In this document: positions 20,396 to 30,291 of the stretch, one piece after another
Position numbering within the stretch: the first letter of the stretch is position 1
Layout: each line of letters starts with the position of its first letter
NCBI GenBank assembly: GCA_016200965.1
Contig: JACQDT010000001.1
Coordinates: forward strand, 3,544 to 67,543
Length of the DNA stretch: 64,000 bases
From: Candidatus Azambacteria bacterium
Lineage (GTDB): Bacteria; Patescibacteriota; Minisyncoccia; GWC2-36-17; WO2-46-25
Direction of reading: 5' to 3'
Translations under genes and position numbers: made by a program
The notes under the pieces: generated by a model
Seen by the model: the letters and a program-made list of their open reading frames with translations, nothing else
What the model was told of the DNA's origin: nothing
Databases searched by the model: none

Positions 20396-21742
20396 TCACT
20401 TTTTAGGAGGAGCGGGAACCGCCTCCGGCGGTTTGTTGATGTGCAACGTAAAGTGCGGAAAAACAGAACGCGCTTCGGCGTCAAGAAAAAAACGGAGAGC
20501 GTCTTCAAGCGCAACGCGCTGTTTTGCCACCAGATCCGCATCAAAAAGCAGATCGGCGGTGCTGTGCTTGACGTTCAGCTTGCCGTTAAGCTGGCCAAAA
20601 CGCTCGTTCAGCTTCGGGCCCAGCGCGGCATCAAGGGCTTTATCAATCCCCCGATCAAGCTGTTCTTTATCTTTCCACGCCTGCCACACGGAGATGAAAT
20701 CCTCCTTTTTTTTCATCATCCGATAATCCACCGTGACGGGCAGTGCAATTCTCCGCGCTCCGTCAATGAACGTGAACGTTTTTGGAAAAGAACCGTCAAC
20801 AGGCACGCCCGGCACGACCCGATACCGGAAGTGATTGATAGTGTTTTTCTCCCAGGTGAGAAAGTGGTCGCCTATTTTAAGCGGCAAGCGGGCCACAAAC
20901 TCCCCCGACTTCCGGTCAACAAGCACCGCATGGTCTTCTACGGGATTCTTTTCGTAGACACTTAAAGGAATCCAGAACGAAAGCGAAGCATACAGCACCA
21001 TCACTGCAATCACGCAAGCGCTTGTCCGCCAATAAAGGTTCCTCCTGCTATTTGCCCGCAAGCCAAACATGAGGAAGCACGCGACCACCACAGAAGCAAG
21101 AGTGGAAAGAAACAAACCGATCGCGCCCGAGATTCGCCAGTTGAAAATCCAATACCAGACGATCTCGGCAAGGCATCCGATGAGCAGAGTGAAATCGCGC
21201 GCCGTTTCAATCCTGTTTTGGTTTCTTTGTATCCACGGAGCAAGAAACCGAAGCATCCTTGATCCTTGACGCCAGAACGCGCCGACTGCCCGGCCTATTG
21301 CTCCCCCTATCTGGCTCACCGCTCTCCGCATTGATTTTTGCGCTTCCTTTGCCCAGCTTGTCGCTTCGTTGAACTCTCGTTCAACCTGCACAATACTGCA
21401 TGCGTTTCCCGAAAGCAGAAGCGACATCACCGGCCACAGCTTTGTTTGAAGCGGTTTCTGGGCATAGCCGTCAATGCGAAAGCTCTCTTTACAATACTCG
21501 GACTCGCCGGAAGCCAAATGATAGAGCGTCACGCCGAGCCGCCGGAACGATTCCCGCAAATCGGGGACCCCGTTTTTTGCCTCAAAGCGGATCTTCCTTC
21601 CGCGATGAATCTCAATGCGGTTCGGCGGAAACGATACGTATTCCCCCTTCTGGGCACCTTTGGCGCATTCATTCAGAAGAACCTTTGCTACGGCAATCAG
21701 CTCTTTCTCGTCCATCACGAGTTGTTTCCTCTGTTCGGCCAT
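20396..21742 (-). CDS. Hypothetical membrane protein (3 TM, SPFH-like C-terminal region)
   Basis: Long ORF, SD AGGAAAGGGGG before MAEQ, three hydrophobic helices; the SPFH similarity is weak. Confidence 0.6.
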   Translation of the reverse strand: MAEQRKQLVMDEKELIAVAKVLLNECAKGAQKGEYVSFPPNRIEIHRGRKIRFEAKNGVPDLRESFRRLGVTLYHLASGESEYCKESFRIDGYAQKPLQTKLWPVMSLLLSGNACSIVQVEREFNEATSWAKEAQKSMRRAVSQIGGAIGRAVGAFWRQGSRMLRFLAPWIQRNQNRIETARDFTLLIGCLAEIVWYWIFNWRISGAIGLFLSTLASVVVACFLMFGLRANSRRNLYWRTSACVIAVMVLYASLSFWIPLSVYEKNPVEDHAVLVDRKSGEFVARLPLKIGDHFLTWEKNTINHFRYRVVPGVPVDGSFPKTFTFIDGARRIALPVTVDYRMMKKKEDFISVWQAWKDKEQLDRGIDKALDAALGPKLNERFGQLNGKLNVKHSTADLLFDADLVAKQRVALEDALRFFLDAEARSVFPHFTLHINKPPEAVPAPPKK

Positions 21743-21922
21743 TGTGTAACCCCCTTTCCTTTGAGTGTAGTGCATGAAATTCTCAACGTGCATTCCTTCT
21801 CGCTCCGTCTGTCCCTTCCGAGATCGGATCTCGGAAAACGACAGGCGGACTGAAAAGGAGACAGCGGAGCGAGGGGCGTTTAGCCGGACGCTCCGCTGTC
21901 CCAGATGTTAGGCGTGTGTTAC

Positions 21923-24346
21923 TTACGCCTCGTGCTTTGGTGTTTTATGCGCAAACTGCAAGTCGGGAAAGACCGCCGGCTGATTGGGAACGCTCCCCCT
22001 CAACCGCGTCTCTGCGGCAGAAAGAATATCCCGCCAGTGCGGGGGCCGCAATCGCTTTGAGCTCCCCTTGATGGCAAGAATGATCTGCCGGTCAATCTCC
22101 GCATGGCTGTTTCCTTCCCAATCGTCAAGCGCCTGCAAAAGGTGGGCTTTTTTGACTTGTTCGGCGCCTTCCCGGCCGGCGTATTTATCGGCCTCAAGCA
22201 CCATCCACTCAATGTCCGCGCCCGTACAGTATACTTTCTCCGCCGCACTTTTGGCATACGGCGAGAAGTCGGCAATGTCGGTCGGTATCTCGTACCGCTT
22301 AAACATCACCTCAAAGATGCTCCGCAACTCTTCTTCCGAAGGGAGCACGAACGGAATGTTGTCGTCCGTACGGCCTTTGCGTTTGTAGGCGGCGTCAATG
22401 AGGTCGTCGCGGTTTGATATCCGCACCCAGACGACTTTCCCTCTGCGCTTGGGGTCCGAGCAGAATTGAAATTTCATCTGCCGCAGACGGTTGGAAACCC
22501 CGGAATCGCCGTTGGGTACGTCGCGCGGACTTTCGGACTGATCCGCTTCATCCTCCACGACAATCACCGGCGCAAGATCGTCCAGCGCGGCAAGCATTGC
22601 CGCCATGGTCCGTTCCGACTCCCCCACCCACATGGTGCGCGGGTTTGCAATCTCCACGAAATTGAACCCGCACTCATAGGCCCAACACTCAAAGAGAAAG
22701 GTCTTGCCTGTCCCCGGAGGCCCCGCGGCAAGCATTCCCATCGGCACGCGGCGCGTCATTCCTTTGAGCAGGTAATCGCGTACTTCGTGTAAATACGCTT
22801 TCACATTCTCTTTGCCGCCGAAATACCGAAAGCCGAACTGGGGCGTCTTTACCTTGATCCGCTCGCCGAATTCCGCTTCAAGCGCTTCCTGTTTGCGTCT
22901 TTTGACAAGCGAGAGGTCAAGCGTGGTGTTGCGCGCTTTTGCAAGCGCGTACACCCCGTCAATCTGGCGCAACGATAAGCCGCCGGTGATTCTCCCAAGC
23001 GACTCTGCGTCAAGCCCCTGATCAAGCGATACCCCGTTGCCCTCAATCAGCGTGTGCCAGCGCAGGGTGCGCTCCGTATCTTTTGGTTTGGAAATCCGAA
23101 TGGCAACGGCGCCCGACTGTGCCGAGCGTATGCTTTCGGCCACATCGGCAAGGTGAGGAGTCACTAAGATCACAGTGTTCCCGGCCTCCTTGATTCTCTT
23201 ATCCCGCGCCCATCGCTCAAGCGTTTCAATCTGCGCGCGCTCTCCCGCGGCAAGTCCGCTTGAGAACGCAGGCGCGATGTTGTGCGCAAAATCAATCACC
23301 AGCGCTTTTTTCAAACTGCCGTCCTTTCCGGTATCATCGGTCAATACCTGTTCCAGTAAAGGGAGCATCTTGTCCGGCGTTTTGCCGCCGGTAAGCTGGT
23401 CAAGCGGCGCAGTCATCATTGACTGTTGAAATCCTTGCGCCGCCTTCTGGACCGCGCTTGTTTGTGCTGTTTGAGAAGCGGCGGCAGGAACTCCGGCGCC
23501 GCAATACTGTTGGCGGAACTGTTTTTCCTTTTCCGCGTCGGCAAACTGCACGCCCGCGGAGATGGAATAAAACAACACCATTCTCTGCTCAAACACCTCG
23601 GCGAGGTATTGATACAAAGAAAGATGCGTTCCTTTCTGGCTCCTCTGGAGGTCGTACACGTTCCCCCACAGAATGAACAGATGGGCAACGCCTGCCTGAT
23701 ATCGCAGGACAAGCTCTTTGAGCCACTCCGGCATCTCGTCGTTCACGGCTATCACCTCCTCCTTTGTTGAAGCGATTGGTTTTTCCGGCTCTTGCGAGAT
23801 CGCGGACGCCTCTGGGTTAACCCCTGCGGTCTGAACCCCTCCTATGAGCTCAAGATCATCCATAGCGCACCACCATCGGGCATTGGACTCGGTCTTACAG
23901 CTTTGCGGATACCATGGTTTTGCCCACGTATTTGCACCACTGGTACCGTCACCGTCGTGACCATCTCTGAAATCCTCAAACTCCGCAAGAAAAATCTGCG
24001 AAGTTAGAGTGTCTGATGGATTTAACACCACAACCGTTCCTGTCTTGCCTTTTGGTTCGCTCGCGACAGCTCTCACTCGGTCGCCCACTTTGAACTTCAA
24101 GCCGGGCCGCTCAAGAAGAATGAGGTTGTCGGAGTTGGTAGCGTGCAGAGAATTTGATTTTCCAATCACCGTTCCCCACAGTTTGTTGTTTTCAAACCCC
24201 TCCACGCGCACCCGTTCTGCATGCCATCGACTAGAAGAGGGATTCTGTTGATCATCAGTAATCACATCACCCGATCTGAACCCCCACAGCTCGCCTTCTG
24301 TTTCAACTACATATTCACCGTCAGTGGCAACAATTTTTTTCTTCAT
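21923..24346 (-). CDS. AAA+ ATPase (Ycf46-like architecture) with SH3/KOW-like N-terminal extension
   Basis: Walker A GPPGTGKT, WVGESE, Walker B VVEDE, RKGRTD, TGADIE; degenerate first AAA domain. Confidence 0.85.
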   Translation of the reverse strand: MKKKIVATDGEYVVETEGELWGFRSGDVITDDQQNPSSSRWHAERVRVEGFENNKLWGTVIGKSNSLHATNSDNLILLERPGLKFKVGDRVRAVASEPKGKTGTVVVLNPSDTLTSQIFLAEFEDFRDGHDGDGTSGANTWAKPWYPQSCKTESNARWWCAMDDLELIGGVQTAGVNPEASAISQEPEKPIASTKEEVIAVNDEMPEWLKELVLRYQAGVAHLFILWGNVYDLQRSQKGTHLSLYQYLAEVFEQRMVLFYSISAGVQFADAEKEKQFRQQYCGAGVPAAASQTAQTSAVQKAAQGFQQSMMTAPLDQLTGGKTPDKMLPLLEQVLTDDTGKDGSLKKALVIDFAHNIAPAFSSGLAAGERAQIETLERWARDKRIKEAGNTVILVTPHLADVAESIRSAQSGAVAIRISKPKDTERTLRWHTLIEGNGVSLDQGLDAESLGRITGGLSLRQIDGVYALAKARNTTLDLSLVKRRKQEALEAEFGERIKVKTPQFGFRYFGGKENVKAYLHEVRDYLLKGMTRRVPMGMLAAGPPGTGKTFLFECWAYECGFNFVEIANPRTMWVGESERTMAAMLAALDDLAPVIVVEDEADQSESPRDVPNGDSGVSNRLRQMKFQFCSDPKRRGKVVWVRISNRDDLIDAAYKRKGRTDDNIPFVLPSEEELRSIFEVMFKRYEIPTDIADFSPYAKSAAEKVYCTGADIEWMVLEADKYAGREGAEQVKKAHLLQALDDWEGNSHAEIDRQIILAIKGSSKRLRPPHWRDILSAAETRLRGSVPNQPAVFPDLQFAHKTPKHEA

Positions 24347-24645
24347 TTATCTTCCTCCTTTGCTGTGTGCTGGCGGTGGGCAATGGGAGAGCAATGGTAG
24401 CACTCATGTTCCTGCTTCATCTCTTTATCCCATCCGCCTTCTCCCTTTTTCACCGCGCCTGCGCCAAGCGCTCCTAAAAGAAGCGCCATGATCATGTGGT
24501 CGTCGCTTTTTTCATCCGGCGAGTCGTTGACTACGGTCACCTCACCGCCAAACACCACAAGACCCACATATTTAGGCGCGGTGCTTTTCTCTTTCCGCAT
24601 GGCTTTGAACTTCCGCTTCGCTTTTGCTATCGCTCTGCTGGACAT
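24343..24645 (-). CDS. Small hypothetical protein
   Basis: Overlapping operonic ORF with a C-terminal CYHC; its 3' end carries the SD of the ATPase gene. Confidence 0.45.
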   Translation of the reverse strand: MSSRAIAKAKRKFKAMRKEKSTAPKYVGLVVFGGEVTVVNDSPDEKSDDHMIMALLLGALGAGAVKKGEGGWDKEMKQEHECYHCSPIAHRQHTAKEEDK

Positions 24646-24778
24646 CGGTTCTCACCCCCATTTTCGCCAAAAGCAACCGGATGACTTCTTCTTCATCCGA
24701 ACAGGTATCCCCCGGAAAGCCCTCAAAAAAGTCAACCGAGAGCTTTCCCTTCTCAACGCTCACCACTATTTTTCTCAT
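24572..24778 (-). CDS. DUF2997-like small protein
   Basis: I-V-V-KG-L-VD-F-GF-G-TC pattern; next to an AAA ATPase. Confidence 0.55.
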   Translation of the reverse strand: MRKIVVSVEKGKLSVDFFEGFPGDTCSDEEEVIRLLLAKMGVRTDVQQSDSKSEAEVQSHAEREKHRA

Positions 24779-25302
24779 TGGGCCACCCCCACTATGTTCA
24801 CCACCTGCTTTTTTTCGCCGGTTTCCGGATCGTCAACCACGCTCGTATGCGTGTCTACTTTGTAGCCGATGATGGAAAGAATCGTTTTTGCGGTCTCCTG
24901 CAGGAATACATCCTGAAACAGCCCTTGCAGACGCTTGATCTCCGCTTGCCACCCCGAACGATACTCGTCGGCGATGAATTTCACCGTGCCCTTTGCATCA
25001 ACCGCAATACCCATGCCGTTTGGAAGCGCATCGGTTTTTATCGCGCCGATGATGTCCAAGCCCTCATGGCTTTTGTACTGGGTCTTGCCGTAATAGTCGG
25101 TGATGGTCTTGTCCATCCGTATCCCGCCATCGGCTTTGAGCTTCTCAATCGCGTTTTGGACGCACTCCTTGATGATGGGAACAGTGTCCATGTCTTTGAT
25201 CCACTTGGCAAGCGCGGGATTGCGTCCGGCCAGTTTTTCGAGCATATCACTCAAGATATGCGGCACCACCAGTTGAGTCGTCAATACCACTACTTTGCAC
25301 AT
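24775..25302 (-). CDS. Hypothetical protein (DUF1257/Ycf35-like)
   Basis: SD AAGGAGG before MCKVVV; DYYG, GI-V...G-V-FIADEY and GY-V motifs. Confidence 0.55.
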   Translation of the reverse strand: MCKVVVLTTQLVVPHILSDMLEKLAGRNPALAKWIKDMDTVPIIKECVQNAIEKLKADGGIRMDKTITDYYGKTQYKSHEGLDIIGAIKTDALPNGMGIAVDAKGTVKFIADEYRSGWQAEIKRLQGLFQDVFLQETAKTILSIIGYKVDTHTSVVDDPETGEKKQVVNIVGVAQ

Positions 25303-25474
25303 GAGTGCCTCCTTCTGTGTGTGTTGCGTTGGTTTTTGGCTTAGATGAGCCCTTTTTTTCTGGTCATAAAACACCAATTTTCAAGGAACTATCCCCAATT
25401 TTTCTCCTTTTTCTATTCGTTCACAGCGTCTCAATCCTTGTGAGAATATATATCACATTGGCCATTATCTGTCA

Positions 25475-25588
25475 ACCCCGTTAGAAGCTTTAAAATTGTT
25501 CATTGAATAACTTGAGAGTAAGCCGTTAAGGCGGCTTCGCCTTACATTGAATCTTAAAAATTGCTTTTCTATGAGCTTCTAACTGGGT
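25475..25588. mobile_element. MITE-like element, 114 bp; supplies the alaS stop codon
   Basis: TIR ACCCCGTTAGAAGCT / AGCTTCTAACTGGGT (1 mismatch), CA on both flanks, internal AGCCG..CGGCT hairpin. Confidence 0.75.
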
Positions 25589-27458
25589 CAACCGTCGCGC
25601 GGATGCGGCGGACGCCTGCGGAAGACGCTTCTTCTTTAAGAATCTTAAATGTACCGACTTCTTTTGTGTTGGAAACATGCGGGCCGCCGCAGAGTTCTTT
25701 TGAAAAATCTCCCGCGGAGTACACTTTTACCGTTTTCCCGTATTTTTCCTTTTGGAACATAAGCGCGCCGACTTTTTCGGCTTCATCTATCGGCATTTCT
25801 CTGCACACCATCGGCAGTTCTTTTTGTATCTGTTCATTTACGATATCTTCCGTTTTTTTCTTCTCTTCGTCCGTCATTTTCTGCGGATGAGAGAAGTCAA
25901 ACCGCAAACGCTCCGCCGTGATGTCGGACCCTTTCTGATGCACGTGGTCACCCAGCACCTTGCGCAGCGCCGCCTGCAGAAGATGCGTCGCCGTATGCAG
26001 GCGCGTGACCTTCTTTAATTCTTCCTCATCGGCCGCCTTCAACTCTCCCGTCTGCAACATCAACCCATGCCTGCCGAACTTTTTTTCTGAACCTACGCGA
26101 GAAATCTCTTGATGTTTTTTGTATTCTTCCTGAAATTCCTGTTCATTTATGATATTTCCTTTTTCTTTTGCGAGATCCTGAAGAATCTCAAAAGGAAAAC
26201 CTTGACTTTGGTATAAATAAAATGCTTCTTTCCCGGAGATCTCCCATCGTCCCTCAAACTCCTTAAGACCTTTTTCTAAAACAACATTAAAACTATCAAA
26301 TTCTGATTTAAGTTCTGCTATAATAATTGATTGGTGTCTATTAAGCTCTGAATAATAGTTGCCGTAATAATGAATAAGATTGGAAACAAAATTATTAAGT
26401 TGTTTTTGAGAGATGGACAATTTTTTCATGTGTACCCCCAACCTTCTTATTAAACGCCGCAATATATAACCTGCGTCTTTATTAGAGGGCTTTATTCCTG
26501 CGGCAAGTAAAAACACGGATGCCCTGAGATGGTCGGCAATAATACGTCCGCTCCGCGTAGTTAACACTACTGAATCGGACTCAAATACAGGTTCTGGAGT
26601 TAATTGAGAAAAGGATCTCAATACAGAGGATTCAAGAGGCACTCCCGGAAAAGATGTTTTAAACACATCCGTATCAAACACCGTTGCAACGCCTTGCAAG
26701 ACCATCGCGATGCGCTCAAGCCCCATGCCGGTATCTACGTTTTTCTGCGCAAGCGGCGTATACGCATAGCCACCCTTACCATCTGGTTTCTTCTCGTATT
26801 CCATGAACACGTTGTTCCAAATCTCCACAAATCGCCCGCACTCGCAGTTCACATGGCATTGCTTGCCAAATGCCGTATCGTGTTCTTTCCCCGTGTCATA
26901 AAAAATCTCCGTGTCTGGCCCGCACGGTCCCGCTCCGGCAAGCTCCCACCAGTTCTTTTTTTTCGGATAGGTTGCAATGCGTCCGTTCGCCACGCTTGCC
27001 TCCATGCCCGCGCTTTTAAACGCACGCACCCAATGCCCGATGGATTCATCGTCGCGTGGAATATCCATTCCCTTATCCTCAAACACCGTCACATAGAGTT
27101 TTTTAGGATCAATGCCAAACCATTTTTTTGAAGTCAAAAGTTCAAAACTCCACTCAATCGCCTCTTTTTTGAAATAATCCCCGAGCGACCAATTACCGAG
27201 CATTTCAAAAAAAGTGAGGTGACGGTTGTCGCCTACTTCCAAAATATCGTCCGTGCGGAGGCATTTTTGGGAATCGGCAAGCCGCGTGCCTTGCGAGTGC
27301 TTTTTTTCCCCCATCAGATACGGCACGAGCGGCTGCATGCCGGCAGTCACGAACAGCACCGTTTTATCGTCGGGAATAAGCGACGCCGAAGGAATGATCG
27401 CGTGCCCCTTTTCCCTGAAAAAATCCAGAAATTTCTGCCTGACTTCGTTCAATGTCAT
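25569..27458 (-). CDS. alaS: Alanine--tRNA ligase, short form without C-Ala domain
   Basis: LFVTAGMQP, FFEMLGNWS, DTGMGLER, HTATHLL, ELCGGPHV editing domain. Confidence 0.95.
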   Translation of the reverse strand: MTLNEVRQKFLDFFREKGHAIIPSASLIPDDKTVLFVTAGMQPLVPYLMGEKKHSQGTRLADSQKCLRTDDILEVGDNRHLTFFEMLGNWSLGDYFKKEAIEWSFELLTSKKWFGIDPKKLYVTVFEDKGMDIPRDDESIGHWVRAFKSAGMEASVANGRIATYPKKKNWWELAGAGPCGPDTEIFYDTGKEHDTAFGKQCHVNCECGRFVEIWNNVFMEYEKKPDGKGGYAYTPLAQKNVDTGMGLERIAMVLQGVATVFDTDVFKTSFPGVPLESSVLRSFSQLTPEPVFESDSVVLTTRSGRIIADHLRASVFLLAAGIKPSNKDAGYILRRLIRRLGVHMKKLSISQKQLNNFVSNLIHYYGNYYSELNRHQSIIIAELKSEFDSFNVVLEKGLKEFEGRWEISGKEAFYLYQSQGFPFEILQDLAKEKGNIINEQEFQEEYKKHQEISRVGSEKKFGRHGLMLQTGELKAADEEELKKVTRLHTATHLLQAALRKVLGDHVHQKGSDITAERLRFDFSHPQKMTDEEKKKTEDIVNEQIQKELPMVCREMPIDEAEKVGALMFQKEKYGKTVKVYSAGDFSKELCGGPHVSNTKEVGTFKILKEEASSAGVRRIRATVDPVRSS

Positions 27459-27550
27459 TTCTCTATAGTAGTAAACTCTGTGCGTTATTGCAATGAAAAA
27501 ACCGCCGCAACACATGTTCTGTTGCGGCGATTTTTCATTGTGACCGCCTC

Positions 27551-27760
27551 TTAAAAGTGCAGCCTCCAATTCGAGAGGTGAATCACCTTACATGATTTGC
27601 ATGAAGCGATTGCCTCGCGAATGCGCTGGAGCTCCTTTTCATCCTCCGCCAGTATGCCGACCTGCGGCACCCCGTAATCCCTTTCAAGCTTTGCAAGTGT
27701 CGCACAATCCTGTTCGGTGATACATACATGCCGCTGCTCCTGCTGGGCCTGGCTTGCCAT
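27551..27760 (-). CDS. Small hypothetical protein
   Basis: SD before MASQ; hairpin at about 27496-27537 downstream. Confidence 0.4.
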   Translation of the reverse strand: MASQAQQEQRHVCITEQDCATLAKLERDYGVPQVGILAEDEKELQRIREAIASCKSCKVIHLSNWRLHF

Positions 27761-27814
27761 GATTACCACCCCCCTTCCTGATTGTTTCAGTTGTACCACC
27801 TACAGCCATAATTA

Positions 27815-28969
27815 TCAATGGCTTTCATCATGAACGATTACGCCTCCGCCAAGCACTGCATCGTCGTCATACGACGACTGCTCCGCTCTCTGCGTTCGCG
27901 GGTTGCCGTCATACGACGACTGCTCCGCTCTCTGCGTTCGCGGGTTGCCGTCATAAAACACAATGGACTGGCCGGGGGTCACCGCGCGCTGGGGTTCGTC
28001 AAATATCACGTGAAGCGCGGCGTCAACGAAGCATTTCTGCAACGGCTGGCGATATCGGATGCGCGCTTCACAACGTAATGGAAACTGCGGCGCGGTTCCC
28101 GATATCCAACTTACACCCCGCGCAATCAATTCGGTCTTATACAAATCGCCTTCTTTTATGTTTTCCGCAACATACAGCGTGTTATGCGCGAGATCTTTTT
28201 GGGCGACGTAATACGCCGTGCCTCCGCCGGGAGAGCCGATGCCATGACGCTGGCCAATGGTGTAAAACACCGCTCCCTGATGCTTGCCCACCTGCTTTCC
28301 CGCCGCAGTCAGCACCGGCCCCGGCTGGGCGGCGATTTGGCTTTTTAGAAAATCAAACACCTCCAGTTCACCCACGAAGCATACCCCCTGGCTTTCCTTT
28401 CTGTTGGCGTTTGACAAGCCGAATTCCCGCGCGAGCTCGCGCACATGCGACTTAATAAAACCGCCTATGGGAAAAAGCACATGCGCTAATTTTTTTTGTG
28501 TCAGTGTCCACAAAAAATATGACTGGTCTTTGTTCTTGTCCATGCCGGCAAATAACGAGTAGCCGCCAGCAAGTAGTTGAGTGCGCGCATAGTGCCCCGT
28601 TGCAATAAAATCCGCTCCCATTGAAAGCGCGCGGTCAAGAAAAATACCGAACTTGATTTCTTTATTGCACATCACATCGGGATTGGGCGTGATTCCTTCA
28701 CGGTACGAAGAGACCATGTAGTCCACGACTTTCTTTTTGTATTCCTCCTGGACATCCCATGTATAAAAAGGAATGCCAAGCACGGCGGCCGCCTTGCGCG
28801 CCTCTTCCTGGTCCGCGACCCACGGGCACATCGTCTTGTCCTTGAAGAACCGGCTGTCAGACCAGCCCTTCATGAATACGCCCGTAACGTCATATCCTTC
28901 TTTTTTCAGCAATGCCGCCGCGACGGAACTGTCCACGCCGCCGGACATCGCAACGAATATTTTTTGCAT
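27815..28969 (-). CDS. mnmA: tRNA 2-thiouridylase MnmA with a 28-aa insert
   Basis: SGGVDSS, NPDVMCN, KDQSYFL, TPGQ, LGGG. Confidence 0.96.
   Translation of the reverse strand: MQKIFVAMSGGVDSSVAAALLKKEGYDVTGVFMKGWSDSRFFKDKTMCPWVADQEEARKAAAVLGIPFYTWDVQEEYKKKVVDYMVSSYREGITPNPDVMCNKEIKFGIFLDRALSMGADFIATGHYARTQLLAGGYSLFAGMDKNKDQSYFLWTLTQKKLAHVLFPIGGFIKSHVRELAREFGLSNANRKESQGVCFVGELEVFDFLKSQIAAQPGPVLTAAGKQVGKHQGAVFYTIGQRHGIGSPGGGTAYYVAQKDLAHNTLYVAENIKEGDLYKTELIARGVSWISGTAPQFPLRCEARIRYRQPLQKCFVDAALHVIFDEPQRAVTPGQSIVFYDGNPRTQRAEQSSYDGNPRTQRAEQSSYDDDAVLGGGVIVHDESH
27865..27948 (-). repeat. 42-bp coding element, locus 2 (tandem dimer)
   Basis: Two identical units, 27865-27906 and 27907-27948, in frame in mnmA. 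Confidence 0.95.
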
Positions 28970-29252
28970 ACCAAGTATATCAACTTCCAGAGCTCAACGC
29001 TTTCCGGCTGGATTTTGCGAAGCGTATGCTAATGATTTTGTGACTGTGTAGTGTTTTCATAAGGTATATAAGGCGTTGGGCGGCATGCGGTGTTCTTCTC
29101 TGTATTGCCATGACGAGCAACACGCGAACATACTGCTTTTTTGTTTTCAGTATGCGCTGCGCGGCATGGAGAGAAGAACACGCTGGAAGTTGTATTACTG
29201 GGCATAATCTTTTTATAAACCGAATGGCGTGAAAAGTCAAAAGCCATAAGGC

Positions 29253-29291
29253 AAAAAGAAGACCGGGAACTTTTTAGTCCCCGGCCTCTTT
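29253..29291 (-). terminator. Intrinsic terminator
   Basis: Minus strand GAGGCCGGGGACT-loop-AGTTCCCGGTCTT followed by a U-tract. Confidence 0.7.
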
Positions 29292-29626
29292 AAAATAATG
29301 TACTGCTATAAGTACGGGTTCCTCTGAGTGCTATCCGAGATCATCGGGGCTACGTCAGAGAGCCGCCATTGATATCCCAGCAATGATGTCCTATCGCCGG
29401 AAGATCCGCAAAGCTGATCGTCGCAAGCGCTATTTCCCTTCCGCCACGCCACACTGGCTATTGGCAGTTAGGACTATTACTCGGCTTATCCCATCGCCCC
29501 GGCCCCTTCATCAGGAACCGTTACGAAAGCAAAGTATCTCGCAAGGATCGAACTACCGGCTATGGCTGTACGCTCAATGTGCCTTTTGCAAAACAACCAG
29601 CGTTTCAGCCCACAGCTATATGAAGT
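29292..29626 (-). ncRNA. Candidate structured non-coding RNA of unknown family
   Basis: Lies between a promoter and a terminator, no ORF of 60 aa or more on this strand, several complementary segments. Confidence 0.5.
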
Positions 29627-29632
29627 AAAACC

Positions 29633-29660
29633 ATTTTACCCAATGGCAAAAAAGTGTCAA
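29633..29660 (-). promoter_or_regulatory. Sigma70 promoter for the candidate ncRNA
   Basis: TTGACA-16bp-TAAAAT on the minus strand. Confidence 0.6.
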
Positions 29661-29778
29661 CGGCATAGTTTTCCACAGATGTGGATAACTACATTCTCCA
29701 CCCGCTAACATATTGCAAAAAAGCTGATAATCATGTAACATTTTGATGATTTTGGCGTCTTTACTAGCGCATGGAACC

Positions 29779-30285
29779 ATGGCACATGACCCGAAGGAAT
29801 TCATCGACCTGTACGACCGTCACAGCGACGCGGTGTATCGCTTCATATTGTTTAAAGTGAGCGACCGCGAAGCCGCCTGGGATTTGACGCAGGATTGTTT
29901 TACAAAAACGTGGGAATACTGGCGCAGCGAAAAAGGAAGCGTATCCAATCAAAAGGCGTTCCTGTTCACTGTCGCCCGTAATCTTGTCATCGATCACTGG
30001 CGCGCCAGAGCGCGGACGCAGACCGTCAGTTTGGACGTGGACACGATAGATATTGCCGAGAAAGGTAACGGCACGCACGACCGGCTCGTCTTGAAAGATG
30101 AAACGCAATCGGTCATGAAACTCATCGGGAATCTGCCCGAAAGCGACCGCGAGATGCTGACGCTCCGCTACACCGAAGAACTTTCCTTTAAAGAGATCGC
30201 AAAGGTCACGGGAAAAAGCATTATCGCGGCGCGGGTGCACGCCCATCGCGCGCTTGGAAAGCTCAAACGAATGATCACGCCGTAA
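29779..30285 (+). CDS. ECF sigma-70 factor
   Basis: AWDLTQDCF, FLFTVARNLVIDHWR, region 4 LSFKEIA. Confidence 0.92.
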   Translation: MAHDPKEFIDLYDRHSDAVYRFILFKVSDREAAWDLTQDCFTKTWEYWRSEKGSVSNQKAFLFTVARNLVIDHWRARARTQTVSLDVDTIDIAEKGNGTHDRLVLKDETQSVMKLIGNLPESDREMLTLRYTEELSFKEIAKVTGKSIIAARVHAHRALGKLKRMITP

Positions 30286-30291
30286 ATAAAA

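Noticed and set aside
27459-27569. N-terminal extension of AlaRS in the ORF track
   Set aside because: It spans a terminator-like hairpin; the family-like sequence begins at MTLNEVR (27458).
27865-27948. 42-bp tandem units as a CRISPR array
   Set aside because: The units are directly adjacent with no spacers, lie inside CDSs, and no cas genes are in the window.
29460-29610. Hammerhead, group I intron or RNase P assignment for the candidate ncRNA
   Set aside because: Isolated motifs are present (CTGATGA, TAGTCC, CTCGGCTTAT), but I could not find the required partner helices.
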